Source of the DNA: Spirochaetota bacterium
GTDB lineage: Bacteria; Spirochaetota; Spirochaetia; Treponematales; UBA12059
Direction: 5' to 3'
DNA: 64,000 nt
Assembly: GCA_003247225.1 (NCBI GenBank)
Contig: QKAK01000057.1
Location: 4,774 to 68,773 of the forward strand
The translations under genes and the position numbers were made by a program. Position 1 is the first letter of the stretch. Each line of letters starts with the position of its first letter. A model generated the notes under the pieces. That model saw only the letters and a program-made list of their open reading frames with translations. It had not been told where the DNA came from and made no database searches. Of this stretch, positions 53,527-62,852 are shown in pieces.

Positions 53527-55545
53527 ATGGTCACGAACGACATAGCCGGAGGCCTCCGGTTGGATTTCGACGAGCTACCGCCCGATCCCGTCTTCGAGGA
53601 GGGTATCCGCCGAGCGCCGAGGCGCGAGGCGCGCCTGACGCGAGCCCAGGAGGCGCTCGCCGTCAAGAACGCCCTCCGCTACGTGCCGGAACGTTGGCAC
53701 GCGCGCCTGGCGCCCGAGTTCGCAGACGAGCTCAGGGAGCGCGGCCGTATCTACGGCTATCGCTTCAGGCCGGAAGGCAAGCTGTACGGCAAGCCGATAG
53801 ACTCCTACGCCGGCGCCTGCGTCGAGGGGCGGGCCTTCCAGGTGATGATCGACAACAACCTCGACTTCGACGTGGCGCTGTACCCGTACGAGCTCGTCAC
53901 CTACGGCGAGACCGGCCAGGTCTGCCAGAACTGGATGCAGTACCGGCTGATAAAGAAGTACCTGGAGCGGCTCGACCATACGACGACCCTCGTCGTGGAG
54001 TCCGGCCACCCGCTCGGCCTGTTCAAGAGCCACGAGCTCGCGCCGCGCGTCGTGATCACGAACGGCCTGATGATAGGCATGTTCGACAACCAGAAGGACT
54101 TCAACCACGCGGCCGCCCTCGGCGTGGCCAACTACGGACAGATGACCGCCGGCGGCTGGATGTACATCGGACCCCAGGGCATCGTCCACGGCACCTTCAA
54201 CACGCTGCTCAACGCCGGCCGCCTCAAGCTCGGCGTCTCGCGCGACGGCGACCTCGGCGGCAAGCTGTTCGTCTCGTCGGGCCTGGGCGGCATGTCCGGC
54301 GCCCAGGGCAAGGCCGCCGTGATAGCCGGGGCCAGCTCCATCATCGCCGAGGTCGACGAGAGCCGGGTCGCCACGCGGCATTCCCAGGGCTGGGTCGACC
54401 GCGTCGAGAAGACGGTGGCCGGCGCCTTCGCCCGGGCGGAGGACGCCCGCTCGAAGGGCGAGGCGATCGCCGTCGCCTACCTGGGCAATATCGTCGACCT
54501 GCTCGAGTACGCAGACTCCCACGGCGTGCGGATAGACCTCCTGTCCGACCAGACGAGCTGCCACGCCGCGTACGAGGGCGGTTACTGCCCCGTCGGCCTG
54601 TCGTTCGAGGAGCGTACCCGCCTGCTCGCCGACGATCCCGCGCGGTTCCGCTCCTTGGTCGACGCGAGCCTCCGCCGTCATTTCGACGTGATCGGGCGCC
54701 TGACCGCCAAGGGCACCTACTTCTTCGACTACGGCAACTCGTTCCTCAAGGCGGTCTACGACGCCGGCGTGCGCGAGGTCTCGAAGAACGGCGTCGACGA
54801 GAAGGACGGCTTCGTCTTCCCGAGCTACGTCGAGGACATACTCGGCCCGGAGCTGTTCGACTACGGCTACGGCCCGTTCCGCTGGGTCTGCCTGTCCGGC
54901 AAGGACGAGGACCTGCGCAAGACCGACGCCGCCGCGATGGCCTGCATCGACCCGAACCGCCGGGGCCAGGACCGGGACAACTGGGCCTGGATACGGGACG
55001 CCGAGAAGAACCGGCTCGTCGTCGGCACGAAGGCGCGCATCCTGTACCAGGACGCGATCGGCCGCACCAAGATAGCCCTCGAGTTCAACCACATGGTCCG
55101 CAAGGGCGAGATAGGGCCGGTCATGCTCGGCCGCGACCACCACGACTGCGGCGGCACCGACAGCCCGTTCCGCGAGACGAGCAACGTCAAGGACGGCTCG
55201 AACGTGATGGCCGACATGGCGGTGCAGAACTTCGCCGGCGACGCGGCCCGCGGCATGAGCCTCATCGCGCTGCATAACGGCGGAGGCGTCGGCATCGGCA
55301 AGAGCGTCAACGGCGGCTTCGGCCTCGTGCTCGACGGCTCCGAGCGCGTCGACGCGATCATATCGATGGCCATGCCCTGGGACGTGATGGGCGGCGTCGC
55401 GCGCCGGTCCTGGGCGAGGAACGAGCACGCGGTGGCGACCTGCGCCGAGTACAACGAGGTCTACTCGGGCTCCGGCTCCATAACGCTGCCGTACATAGCC
55501 GACGACCGCATCGTCGAATCCGCCCTCGGAGGCTCCGGGAAATGA
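53527..55545 (+). CDS. hutU: Urocanate hydratase (long, ~670-aa form)
   Basis: Internal start MVTNDIAGG... (GGAGA upstream) of ORF 53464..55545. Motifs YGQMTAGGWMYIGPQGIVHGT, GLGGMSGAQ and LGRDHHDCGGTDSPFRETSN. Confidence 0.92.
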   Translation: MVTNDIAGGLRLDFDELPPDPVFEEGIRRAPRREARLTRAQEALAVKNALRYVPERWHARLAPEFADELRERGRIYGYRFRPEGKLYGKPIDSYAGACVEGRAFQVMIDNNLDFDVALYPYELVTYGETGQVCQNWMQYRLIKKYLERLDHTTTLVVESGHPLGLFKSHELAPRVVITNGLMIGMFDNQKDFNHAAALGVANYGQMTAGGWMYIGPQGIVHGTFNTLLNAGRLKLGVSRDGDLGGKLFVSSGLGGMSGAQGKAAVIAGASSIIAEVDESRVATRHSQGWVDRVEKTVAGAFARAEDARSKGEAIAVAYLGNIVDLLEYADSHGVRIDLLSDQTSCHAAYEGGYCPVGLSFEERTRLLADDPARFRSLVDASLRRHFDVIGRLTAKGTYFFDYGNSFLKAVYDAGVREVSKNGVDEKDGFVFPSYVEDILGPELFDYGYGPFRWVCLSGKDEDLRKTDAAAMACIDPNRRGQDRDNWAWIRDAEKNRLVVGTKARILYQDAIGRTKIALEFNHMVRKGEIGPVMLGRDHHDCGGTDSPFRETSNVKDGSNVMADMAVQNFAGDAARGMSLIALHNGGGVGIGKSVNGGFGLVLDGSERVDAIISMAMPWDVMGGVARRSWARNEHAVATCAEYNEVYSGSGSITLPYIADDRIVESALGGSGK

Positions 55546-56645
55546 ACCCGGCCGCCGGCCCGACCGACTCGATCGTCGACGTGCCAGGCGTCTCGGTCGG
55601 GCACGCGACCATCGCCGACGGCGACCTGCAGACCGGGGTGACCGCGGTGCTGCCCCACGCGGGCAACCTCTTCCGCGATAAGGTCCCGGCCGCCTGCCGC
55701 GTCTTCAACGGCTTCGGCAAGTCGGTCGGGCTCCTGCAGGTCGAGGAGCTCGGCGTCGTCGAGTCGCCCATACTGCTTTCGAACACCTTCGCGATGCCGG
55801 CCTGCGTCGACGGCGCCCTCGACCTGCTGCTGGCGGAGAACCCCGACATCGCCCGCGGGACCGGCAGCGCCAACGTCGTCGCGCTCGAGTGCAACGACGG
55901 CTACCTGTCCGACATGCGCAGGCGCGCCGTCTCGCGGGAGCACGTCGCCGAGGCGCTGCGGTCGGCCCGGGAGGCGGCGCGGCGGATAGAGGCCGGCGGC
56001 CCGCCCGCCGGCGCGTTCGACCGCGGCTCGGTCGGGGCCGGTCGCGGCATGAGCTGCTACGGGCTCAAGGGCGGCATAGGCACGGCCAGCCGCGTCGCGG
56101 ACTGCGGCGGCCGCCGTTACGTCGTAGGCGCCCTTCTGCTCACCAACTTCGGCCGCCTATCGGACCTCGCGCCGCGCGGTAGGCCGCTCGGGAAGGAAAT
56201 CGAGGAGCTCGGCGGCCCCGCGGCCGCGCGCGTACGCGCGGCCGCTTCCGACGGCTCCGGCGTCGGGAGGCCCGGCGACGGCTCGGTCATCGTCATACTC
56301 GCGACCGACGCCCCCGCCGACTCGCGCCAGCTCCGCAGGCTGTGCATGCGCGCGGCCTCCGGCCTGGCGCGCACCGGCGCCGTGATAAGCGGCGGCTCCG
56401 GGGAGATAGCGCTCGCGTTCTCCACCGCGTACACCCTGCCGCACGATCCTCCTGCGGCCGTCGCCGGCGCCCCGCCGCCGGCTATCATGCTGCCGGCGAT
56501 CCACGAGGACCTGCTCGATCCGCTGTTCAGGGCCGCCACCGAGTGCGTCGAGGCGGCCGCGCTCGACTCGCTGTACAGCGCGGAGACGGTCGTCGGACGG
56601 GACGGCCACGTCCGCGTCGCGTTGTCCGAGCTAGCGCTGGGCTAG
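55542..56645 (+). CDS. P1-family (DmpA/S58-like) Ntn-hydrolase/aminopeptidase
   Basis: DVPGVSVGHATIADGDLQTGVTAVLP N-terminus and a GSVGAGRG block typical of DmpA-like proteins. ATGA overlap with the hutU stop. Confidence 0.65.
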   Translation: MNPAAGPTDSIVDVPGVSVGHATIADGDLQTGVTAVLPHAGNLFRDKVPAACRVFNGFGKSVGLLQVEELGVVESPILLSNTFAMPACVDGALDLLLAENPDIARGTGSANVVALECNDGYLSDMRRRAVSREHVAEALRSAREAARRIEAGGPPAGAFDRGSVGAGRGMSCYGLKGGIGTASRVADCGGRRYVVGALLLTNFGRLSDLAPRGRPLGKEIEELGGPAAARVRAAASDGSGVGRPGDGSVIVILATDAPADSRQLRRLCMRAASGLARTGAVISGGSGEIALAFSTAYTLPHDPPAAVAGAPPPAIMLPAIHEDLLDPLFRAATECVEAAALDSLYSAETVVGRDGHVRVALSELALG

Positions 56646-56651
56646 CCCGCG

Positions 56652-57908
56652 CTAGCGCTCGCGCCGCAGCACGCTGACGCAGTTCGTCGCCGCGCTGCCT
56701 CCGACGTTCAGCGTCGCCCCGATCTCCGGCGCCTTGGCCGGCGCCAGCCCGATGGGCTCGCCGACCAGCTGCTTATAGAGGAGCGCGTGCATCGAGACGC
56801 CGGTCGCGCCGACCGGGTGCCCCTTGGCCTTGAGTCCGCCAGACAGGTTGACCGAGACCTGGTCGTCGGGCCCGAAGCGCCCGTCGACGTAGTCGTAGCC
56901 CGCGCGGCCGTCGGCCGACAGCCCGAGGGCCTCGGTGCACAGGAGCTGGTTGATCGTGAAGCAGTCGTGGACCTCGGCGACGTCTATGTCGCCGGACGAG
57001 ACGCCGGCCTCGGCGAACGCCAGGGAGGCCGCGCGCTTGGCGGCCTGCAGCTCGTACATATTCTCCCTGCTCGAGATGGCGAGGCGCTCGTTCGCGTGGC
57101 CGACGCCGGCGATGCGCACGGCGCGGCCTCGCTTGGCCGCCGGGTGGTCCGGGCCGACGATGACGAGGGCCGCGGCGCCGTCGGTGACCAGAGAGCAGTC
57201 GTGCAGGCGCAGCGGCTCGGCTATCATCGGGTTCTTCTCGGGCGGCAGCGCGAGTATCGCCTCGGCGGTGACGAGCCCGAGGCGGTCGGACGGTCCGCCC
57301 CTGCCGAAGTGGGCCAGCGGGTTCTCGAGGCCGTTTCGGTAGCACAGCGCGGCGACGCTCGCGAGCATGCGCGCTAGCGCGCCGTCGCCCAGGCCGTAGC
57401 GGTCGCGGTAGCCCTTGGCGTACTCGGCGAACAGGGCCGGGAAGGTCATGCCCCTCGCGCCTTCCTCCGGCCAGTACGAGCAGGTCGCGAGCGCGTGGGT
57501 AACGCCCTTGGTGTCGAGCAGGTTCATCTTCTCGACGCCGACGACGAGGGCCGCCTCGACGCGGCCGGCCTCTACGGCGTACAGCGCGTCGTAGAGCGCC
57601 ACCGATCCCGAGGCGCAGGCGTCCTCGCAGCGGGTCATCGGCTTGAAGCGCAGGCCCTCCGGGTCGATCTCGGGGGCGAAGGCCGCGACGTGCTCCTGGT
57701 CGGCGAAGAGCCCGGGCGCGCAGGAGCCGACCCAGACGCCGCCTATCTCGTCGGCCTGGACGCCCGCGTCCGCGAGCGCGCCCTTGCCGGCCTCGAGCGT
57801 CAGCTCGTAGAGGCTCGCGAGGTCGGAGACCGCGCCCGTCTCCCTGTCCTTCCTGACCAGGCTGCCGAACCTGGTGTTGTACGCGCCGACGATAGATACC
57901 TTCGACAT
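56652..57908 (-). CDS. Thiolase-domain protein (SCP-x/archaeal-type acetyl-CoA C-acyltransferase-like)
   Basis: MSKVSIVGAYNTRFG..., nucleophile region CEDACASGS, C-terminal HDCF and GGLKAKGHPVGATG. Confidence 0.8.
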   Translation of the reverse strand: MSKVSIVGAYNTRFGSLVRKDRETGAVSDLASLYELTLEAGKGALADAGVQADEIGGVWVGSCAPGLFADQEHVAAFAPEIDPEGLRFKPMTRCEDACASGSVALYDALYAVEAGRVEAALVVGVEKMNLLDTKGVTHALATCSYWPEEGARGMTFPALFAEYAKGYRDRYGLGDGALARMLASVAALCYRNGLENPLAHFGRGGPSDRLGLVTAEAILALPPEKNPMIAEPLRLHDCSLVTDGAAALVIVGPDHPAAKRGRAVRIAGVGHANERLAISSRENMYELQAAKRAASLAFAEAGVSSGDIDVAEVHDCFTINQLLCTEALGLSADGRAGYDYVDGRFGPDDQVSVNLSGGLKAKGHPVGATGVSMHALLYKQLVGEPIGLAPAKAPEIGATLNVGGSAATNCVSVLRRER

Positions 57909-57941
57909 TCCCGCCTCCTCCGCGCGCCTTCGACCGAAGGC

Positions 57942-59252
57942 CTAGATATAGCCGAGGCGCTTGGCCTGGGACTTGAGCTCGTCGCGGAATTCCGGCGCCG
58001 CGACGGCGATGAGCTCGAGCGCGCGCTCCTTGACCGTGCGGCCGCGCAGCCTCGCGACGCCGTTCTCGGTGACCACGTGGTCCGTATAGCTGCGGTGCAG
58101 GGTCACGGCGCTGCCCTCGGGCAGGGTAGGGACGATCGTACTCACCGCGCCGCCCTTCGCGGTCGAGTAGCACGCGATGATGGACTTGCCGAGGCCGTCG
58201 AAGCCTCCGGTAGCGCCCTGGGCCGTGTCGGACTGGCCGCCCGTGCCCGAGTACTGCGTCGAGCCTATGGTCTCGCTGCAGACCTGCCCGGTCAGGTCGA
58301 CCATCAGGCAGGTGTTGATGCTGGTCATGCGGGAATTCCTGGCCACGATCGCGGGGTCGATGACGTTGCGGCCGCGCTGGAATTCGACGCCCATGTTGCC
58401 GTCGAGCCAGTCGTACAGCTTGCGGCTGCCCATCGAGAACGTCACGATCGACTTATCCTTGTTATAGGCCTTGCGCCGGTTCGTGATGACGCCGAGCTCG
58501 TACAGCTCCATCATGGCGTCGACGAACATCTCCGTATGCACGCCCAGGTCCTTCTTGCCGCGTAGCGCGAGGGCGGCGGCGTTCGGTATGCCGCCGATGC
58601 CGAGCTGGATCGTGGCGCCGTCGTCGACGAGGTCGGCGATGTGCTCGCCTATGCGCAGGTCGGTCGGGCTCGGCTGCGGCTCGGGCAGGCTCGGCACCTC
58701 GTAGTCGGCCTCGACGAAGTAGGTGGCCTGGTCGACGCGGAGCTGGGTGTCTCCGAAGGTGACCGGCAACCGCGGGTTGACCTCGAGGATCACGTACTTG
58801 GCGGCCTCTAGGATGTCCTTCTCGTAGGTGATGCCGAGCGATAGGCTGACGAAGCCGTGGCGGTCGGGCGGCGTGCAGGTGCCGATGAACACCTCCGGCG
58901 GCCTCGCGCGGATCCGGTCGGCCGCGGAGCGGTGCAGCATGTTCGGCACGTAGGTCACCGTGCCGACGCCGGCCTTCAGCGCCGCCCTCGACCCCGGCGC
59001 GTGGAACCAGCTGGCCAGCTCGAAGTGGCCCCTCATCTCCGGCTTCATGTAGAAGTCGTACGGCTTCAGCGTCAGTACCGAGAACACCCTGACGCCGCTC
59101 ACCTTCGGCGCCAGGATATGGAGCCGGCCCATGGTCGCCTGCGGCTCGCTGGCGCACTGGGCCACCACGACGTCGTAGTCGGAGCCTATGCACTGGATGG
59201 CCTCGTCTATCGGGCGGAGCCTCGAGCGGTATTCGTCATCCCATTTCGACAT
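57942..59252 (-). CDS. Acetyl-CoA hydrolase/transferase family protein (4-hydroxybutyrate/butyryl-CoA:acetate CoA-transferase-like)
   Basis: 436 aa. Motifs IQLGIGGIPNA, HTEMF and GSRKLYDW are typical of the family. Confidence 0.75.
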   Translation of the reverse strand: MSKWDDEYRSRLRPIDEAIQCIGSDYDVVVAQCASEPQATMGRLHILAPKVSGVRVFSVLTLKPYDFYMKPEMRGHFELASWFHAPGSRAALKAGVGTVTYVPNMLHRSAADRIRARPPEVFIGTCTPPDRHGFVSLSLGITYEKDILEAAKYVILEVNPRLPVTFGDTQLRVDQATYFVEADYEVPSLPEPQPSPTDLRIGEHIADLVDDGATIQLGIGGIPNAAALALRGKKDLGVHTEMFVDAMMELYELGVITNRRKAYNKDKSIVTFSMGSRKLYDWLDGNMGVEFQRGRNVIDPAIVARNSRMTSINTCLMVDLTGQVCSETIGSTQYSGTGGQSDTAQGATGGFDGLGKSIIACYSTAKGGAVSTIVPTLPEGSAVTLHRSYTDHVVTENGVARLRGRTVKERALELIAVAAPEFRDELKSQAKRLGYI

Positions 59253-59273
59253 ATAATGCCTCCTTTACGAATA

Positions 59274-59379
59274 CGAACGAAGAGAATACGAGTAAAAGAG
59301 AAAGGAATGAGCAAGAGCTAAAGCCCAAAAAAGTCTTTTTTCTCTTTCTTGCCTCTTATGCTCTTATCCTCTTCTTTCG
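59274..59379 (-). repeat. A/T-rich polypurine/polypyrimidine imperfect hairpin between KAS III and the CoA-transferase gene
   Basis: 59274-59300 (CGAACGAAGAGAATACGAGTAAAAGAG) pairs with 59353-59379 at about 23 of 27 positions by hand. It lies immediately upstream of the CoA-transferase SD on the transcript. Confidence 0.6.
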
Positions 59380-59401
59380 CCTTGATCGTTCATTTAAAAT
59401 C

Positions 59402-60412
59402 TTAATAGGTGAACAGGTTGGCGCCGACGGCGAGCCCGGCTCCCGAGGCGCAGAAGACGACCGGATCGCCGCGAGCGACGCTCCCGCTCCTGACCGCCTC
59501 GTGGAAGGCCATCGGCACGCAGGCGGAGCCGGTGTAGCCGTAGCGGTCCATCGCGAGGGCGGCTAGCGACGCCGGCCGGCCGAGCATCGCCATGGTCTCC
59601 AGGATCGTGGCCTTGCTGATCTGCGTGAAGACGAAGCTGGCGACCCGCTCGACCGGCATGCCGCCCTTCTCGCAAAGCGCGCGGACCATCGGCGCCCAGA
59701 GCCGAGGGTTCCTGTCGCCGGGCATGATCTGGAGCAGCTGGAGTCCGTACTCGCCGGACTCTAGTACCTCCGCGCTTACCGGCTTCCGGGCGCCGCCGGC
59801 GTACACGCCGATGTAGTCCCACTGGGTACCGTCCGATAGGAAGCGGCCGGCCACGTAGCCCGACGGGTCGTCGTCGGGGACGCGCTCGAGGACGACGGCC
59901 CCGGCCCCGTCGCCGAAGACCCCCCAGCCGAACGCGTCGCCCGGCCGGATGTGCGCGGACATGCAGTAGGCGCCGACGACGACGGCGTATCGGTACGACG
60001 GCTCGGCCGCTAGGAGCTTCGCCGCGAGGTCGAACGCGGTGACGAAGCCGGCGCAGCTCGCGTTCACGTCGAGGGTCTCGGCGTCCGCCTGCCCGCCCTG
60101 GATGCGGCCCTGCACGAGCATCGAGGTCGGCGGGCTGATGTACTCGGGCGTGTCGGTGGCCACGACGAAGAGGCTCGGGTCGGACGCCGCGACGCCGGCG
60201 TCGGCCATGGCCGCCCTGGCGGCCTTCTCGGCGAAGTCCGCGGTGCTCTCGTCGAGGCCCCGCAGCCGCGCGAAGTGGCGGCCCCGGATGCCCCGGACCT
60301 CGGCCACCCGCTCCTCGTCGAATTCCACCCCGGCCAGCCGCCTGATCTCGTCGTTCGATATGCGCTCGCCCGGCGCGTAGGCGCCGGTACCTATTATCTT
60401 CGCCTTAGCCAT
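59402..60412 (-). CDS. KAS III (FabH)-fold protein lacking the canonical His/Asn of the catalytic triad
   Basis: Collinear with E. coli FabH from memory. Cys retained (DVNASCAGF). PHQAN is replaced by FTQIS, and GNTSAAS by GYTGSAC. Confidence 0.75.
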   Translation of the reverse strand: MAKAKIIGTGAYAPGERISNDEIRRLAGVEFDEERVAEVRGIRGRHFARLRGLDESTADFAEKAARAAMADAGVAASDPSLFVVATDTPEYISPPTSMLVQGRIQGGQADAETLDVNASCAGFVTAFDLAAKLLAAEPSYRYAVVVGAYCMSAHIRPGDAFGWGVFGDGAGAVVLERVPDDDPSGYVAGRFLSDGTQWDYIGVYAGGARKPVSAEVLESGEYGLQLLQIMPGDRNPRLWAPMVRALCEKGGMPVERVASFVFTQISKATILETMAMLGRPASLAALAMDRYGYTGSACVPMAFHEAVRSGSVARGDPVVFCASGAGLAVGANLFTY

Positions 60413-60431
60413 CGTCCCTCCGGTCCGGGCG

Positions 60432-61598
60432 TCATTGGCGCCCCGCCAATCCGTATCGCAGGTAGTTCCCGACCCCCTCGACGATCGCGCGCGCGTTGTG
60501 CGGCGACTCGTCGAAGGCGACCTCGAGCCCGTAGTAGTGGGATAGCCCCATGAAGAACTCCGCGGCGCTGTCGAGGTAGGCCGGGTCGGAGGCCACGGCC
60601 GCCGGATCCATGCCGGCGGCGCCGTGCCGCTCGTAGCCTCGCCTGAACGCGGCGTAGTACTCCTTGACCGTCGGCAGCGCGACGAACTCGCCCTCTCGGG
60701 CGATGTTGTAGCACCATCGGTCGAGCGACAGGTACACGCCGAACAGGAACATGCCCTGCATCTCCTCCTCCAGGCGGTTCAAGCCCGGGGTCATGTTCGC
60801 GGAGATGAAGTGCCTGACTTCCTTGCCCGCCGACGTTATCTGCTCGCGGAAGAAGCCTTCCTTGCTGTCGAAGTGCTTATAGAAGGCGCCGACCGAGAGG
60901 TCGGCCGCGTCGGTGATCTCGTGGATGTTGACCGCGTGGAAGCCGCGCTCGCCGAACAGGCGCTTGCCGGCCTTCATCAGGCGGTCGCGGCTCGATTCCT
61001 CGAGCCGTATCGGCGGCGGCGATATCGACAGGCCGAAGACCCGCTCCGGATCCCAGTCCAGCCCGGGGAACACGCCGTTCGCCGCGATGTCCGCCAGGGC
61101 GGAGGTGGATATCCGCGTGCCCTGCAGCGCCGATCGCACGGCGGCGAAGCGGGGCCCGCCGATCCCGACGAGGTACTCGGCTATGCCCGCCGGCCGCCCG
61201 AGGGTCTTGGATAGGATGCGGCGGTAGGTCTCGGTCAGCCTGCGCTCGTACTCGAAGTAGCGGTACTGCCCTTCCCGGAAGACGGTGATGAGGTCCGGAT
61301 GCTCGGCCGAGAAGCCGACGAGTATCTCGGTCATGCTCTGTATCCGGGCCTCTATCGTCTCGCCGTCGGTGCGGTCCAGGGCGGCGGCGATCCGCTCTAT
61401 CACGTCCTCGAGGATATGGAGGAAGATCGACTCCTTGTTCGGGAAGTATCGATAGAAGACGCCGTTCGAGAGGCCGGCTTCACGGCATATCTCGGCTACC
61501 GATACCGAGGCGTACCAACGCGACGAGAAGAGGGAGATCGCGGTCTCGACGAGCCGGCGTTGCGTATCGGCGCCTTGTTGAACCATATACAGCTCCAC
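60432..61598 (-). CDS. Single-chain double TetR-family regulator (two TetR_N HTH modules)
   Basis: HTH 1 is LVETAISLFSSRWYASVSVAEICREAGLSNGVFYRYFPNKESIF. HTH 2 is LMKAGKRLFGERGFHAVNIHEITDAADLSVGAFYKHFDSKEGFF, ~190 aa later. Alternative start MVQQ at 61586. Confidence 0.75.
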   Translation of the reverse strand: MELYMVQQGADTQRRLVETAISLFSSRWYASVSVAEICREAGLSNGVFYRYFPNKESIFLHILEDVIERIAAALDRTDGETIEARIQSMTEILVGFSAEHPDLITVFREGQYRYFEYERRLTETYRRILSKTLGRPAGIAEYLVGIGGPRFAAVRSALQGTRISTSALADIAANGVFPGLDWDPERVFGLSISPPPIRLEESSRDRLMKAGKRLFGERGFHAVNIHEITDAADLSVGAFYKHFDSKEGFFREQITSAGKEVRHFISANMTPGLNRLEEEMQGMFLFGVYLSLDRWCYNIAREGEFVALPTVKEYYAAFRRGYERHGAAGMDPAAVASDPAYLDSAAEFFMGLSHYYGLEVAFDESPHNARAIVEGVGNYLRYGLAGRQ

Positions 61599-61793
61599 GA
61601 TATCGGGGATGAGAGACGATTCACGTGATTAGGCGGAATTATAGGACTATACCGATGATATGGCAAGGGATTTCGTTCGGGCATGGTTGTAGTAGCGACG
61701 AATCTGCGGATGCCAATGCGAATTCGCTTGACGGAATTAAAAAACCGTTCAATAAGTAGCTGAGAGATGATTCACCTCTATCGAGGAGCGATA

Positions 61794-62810
61794 ATGCATG
61801 TTGGTGTGATCGGTATCGGTACCTACGTACCGGATACGTATTTGAGCGCCGCGGACCTATCCAAGGCTACCGGCGTGCCGGAGGCGGTCGTAGCCGAGAA
61901 GTTCGGCGTACGGCGCAAGCCGGTCGCCGGGCCGGAGGATACCACGGCCGTTATGGGCCTGAAGGCGGCCCGGGCCGCTCTCGCCGAGGCCGGCGTAGCG
62001 GGGGAGGACGTCGGCCTCGTGCTCTGGTGCGGGGCGCAGCACAAGGATTACCCGTGCTGGCTGGCCGGGCTGTACGTGGCGAACGAGATAGGCGCGACGA
62101 AGGCCTGGAGCTTCGACATGGAGGCGATGTGCGGCTCCATGATGGCGGCGCTCGACGTCGCCAAGAGCCTGATGCTGACGAGGGACGACCTCGACACGGT
62201 CCTGCTCGTCTCCGGCTACCGTAACAACGACCTCATCGACCTCTCGGAGCCGACGACGCGCTGGATGATGGACATAGGATCGGGCGGATCGGCCTGCGTG
62301 CTCAGGAAGAACGCGGGCAGGAACGCCGTGCTCGGCTCGTCGTTCCGCGGCGACGGCTCGATGAGCCTCGACTGCGTCGTGCCCGTCCTCGGTTCGAAGG
62401 CCTGGCCTCCCAGGCCGGAGGACCTCGGGCGGGCGCATTTCTCCATCCCCGACGAGCCCGCCTTCAAGGCGAAGCTCGGCGAGCGGACCATGCCCAACTT
62501 CTACGCGGTGATCGACCGGGCGCTCGAGCTGTCCGGCGGCCTCGGCCGCGCCGACATCGGCTACCTCGCGATGCTCCACTTCAAGCGGAGCGCGCACGAC
62601 GGGATACTCGCCGAGCTCGGGCTGACGGAGGCGCAGTCGACCTACCTGGACCAGTACGGCCACGTCGGCCAGAACGACCAGCTGCTGTCGATCGAGCTGG
62701 GACGGCGCGACGGCAGGATCAAGGACGGCGATAACCTGGTGCTCGTCGGCGCCGGGCTCGGATTCGTATGGGCGGCCAGCGTGATCCGCTGGGGGCCGTA
62801 TCAGGAATAG
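61794..62810 (+). CDS. KAS III-like condensing-enzyme-fold protein with an apparent Cys-His-His arrangement
   Basis: Internal start MHVGVIGIGTYVP (GAGGAG upstream) of ORF 61767..62810. Cys in DMEAMCGS, His in AMLHFK; the Asn position reads GHVGQ. Confidence 0.7.
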   Translation: MHVGVIGIGTYVPDTYLSAADLSKATGVPEAVVAEKFGVRRKPVAGPEDTTAVMGLKAARAALAEAGVAGEDVGLVLWCGAQHKDYPCWLAGLYVANEIGATKAWSFDMEAMCGSMMAALDVAKSLMLTRDDLDTVLLVSGYRNNDLIDLSEPTTRWMMDIGSGGSACVLRKNAGRNAVLGSSFRGDGSMSLDCVVPVLGSKAWPPRPEDLGRAHFSIPDEPAFKAKLGERTMPNFYAVIDRALELSGGLGRADIGYLAMLHFKRSAHDGILAELGLTEAQSTYLDQYGHVGQNDQLLSIELGRRDGRIKDGDNLVLVGAGLGFVWAASVIRWGPYQE

Positions 62811-62852
62811 CGTCGCCGCCGCGCGGCGGACGCCTACGTAAGGAGCGTTGCA

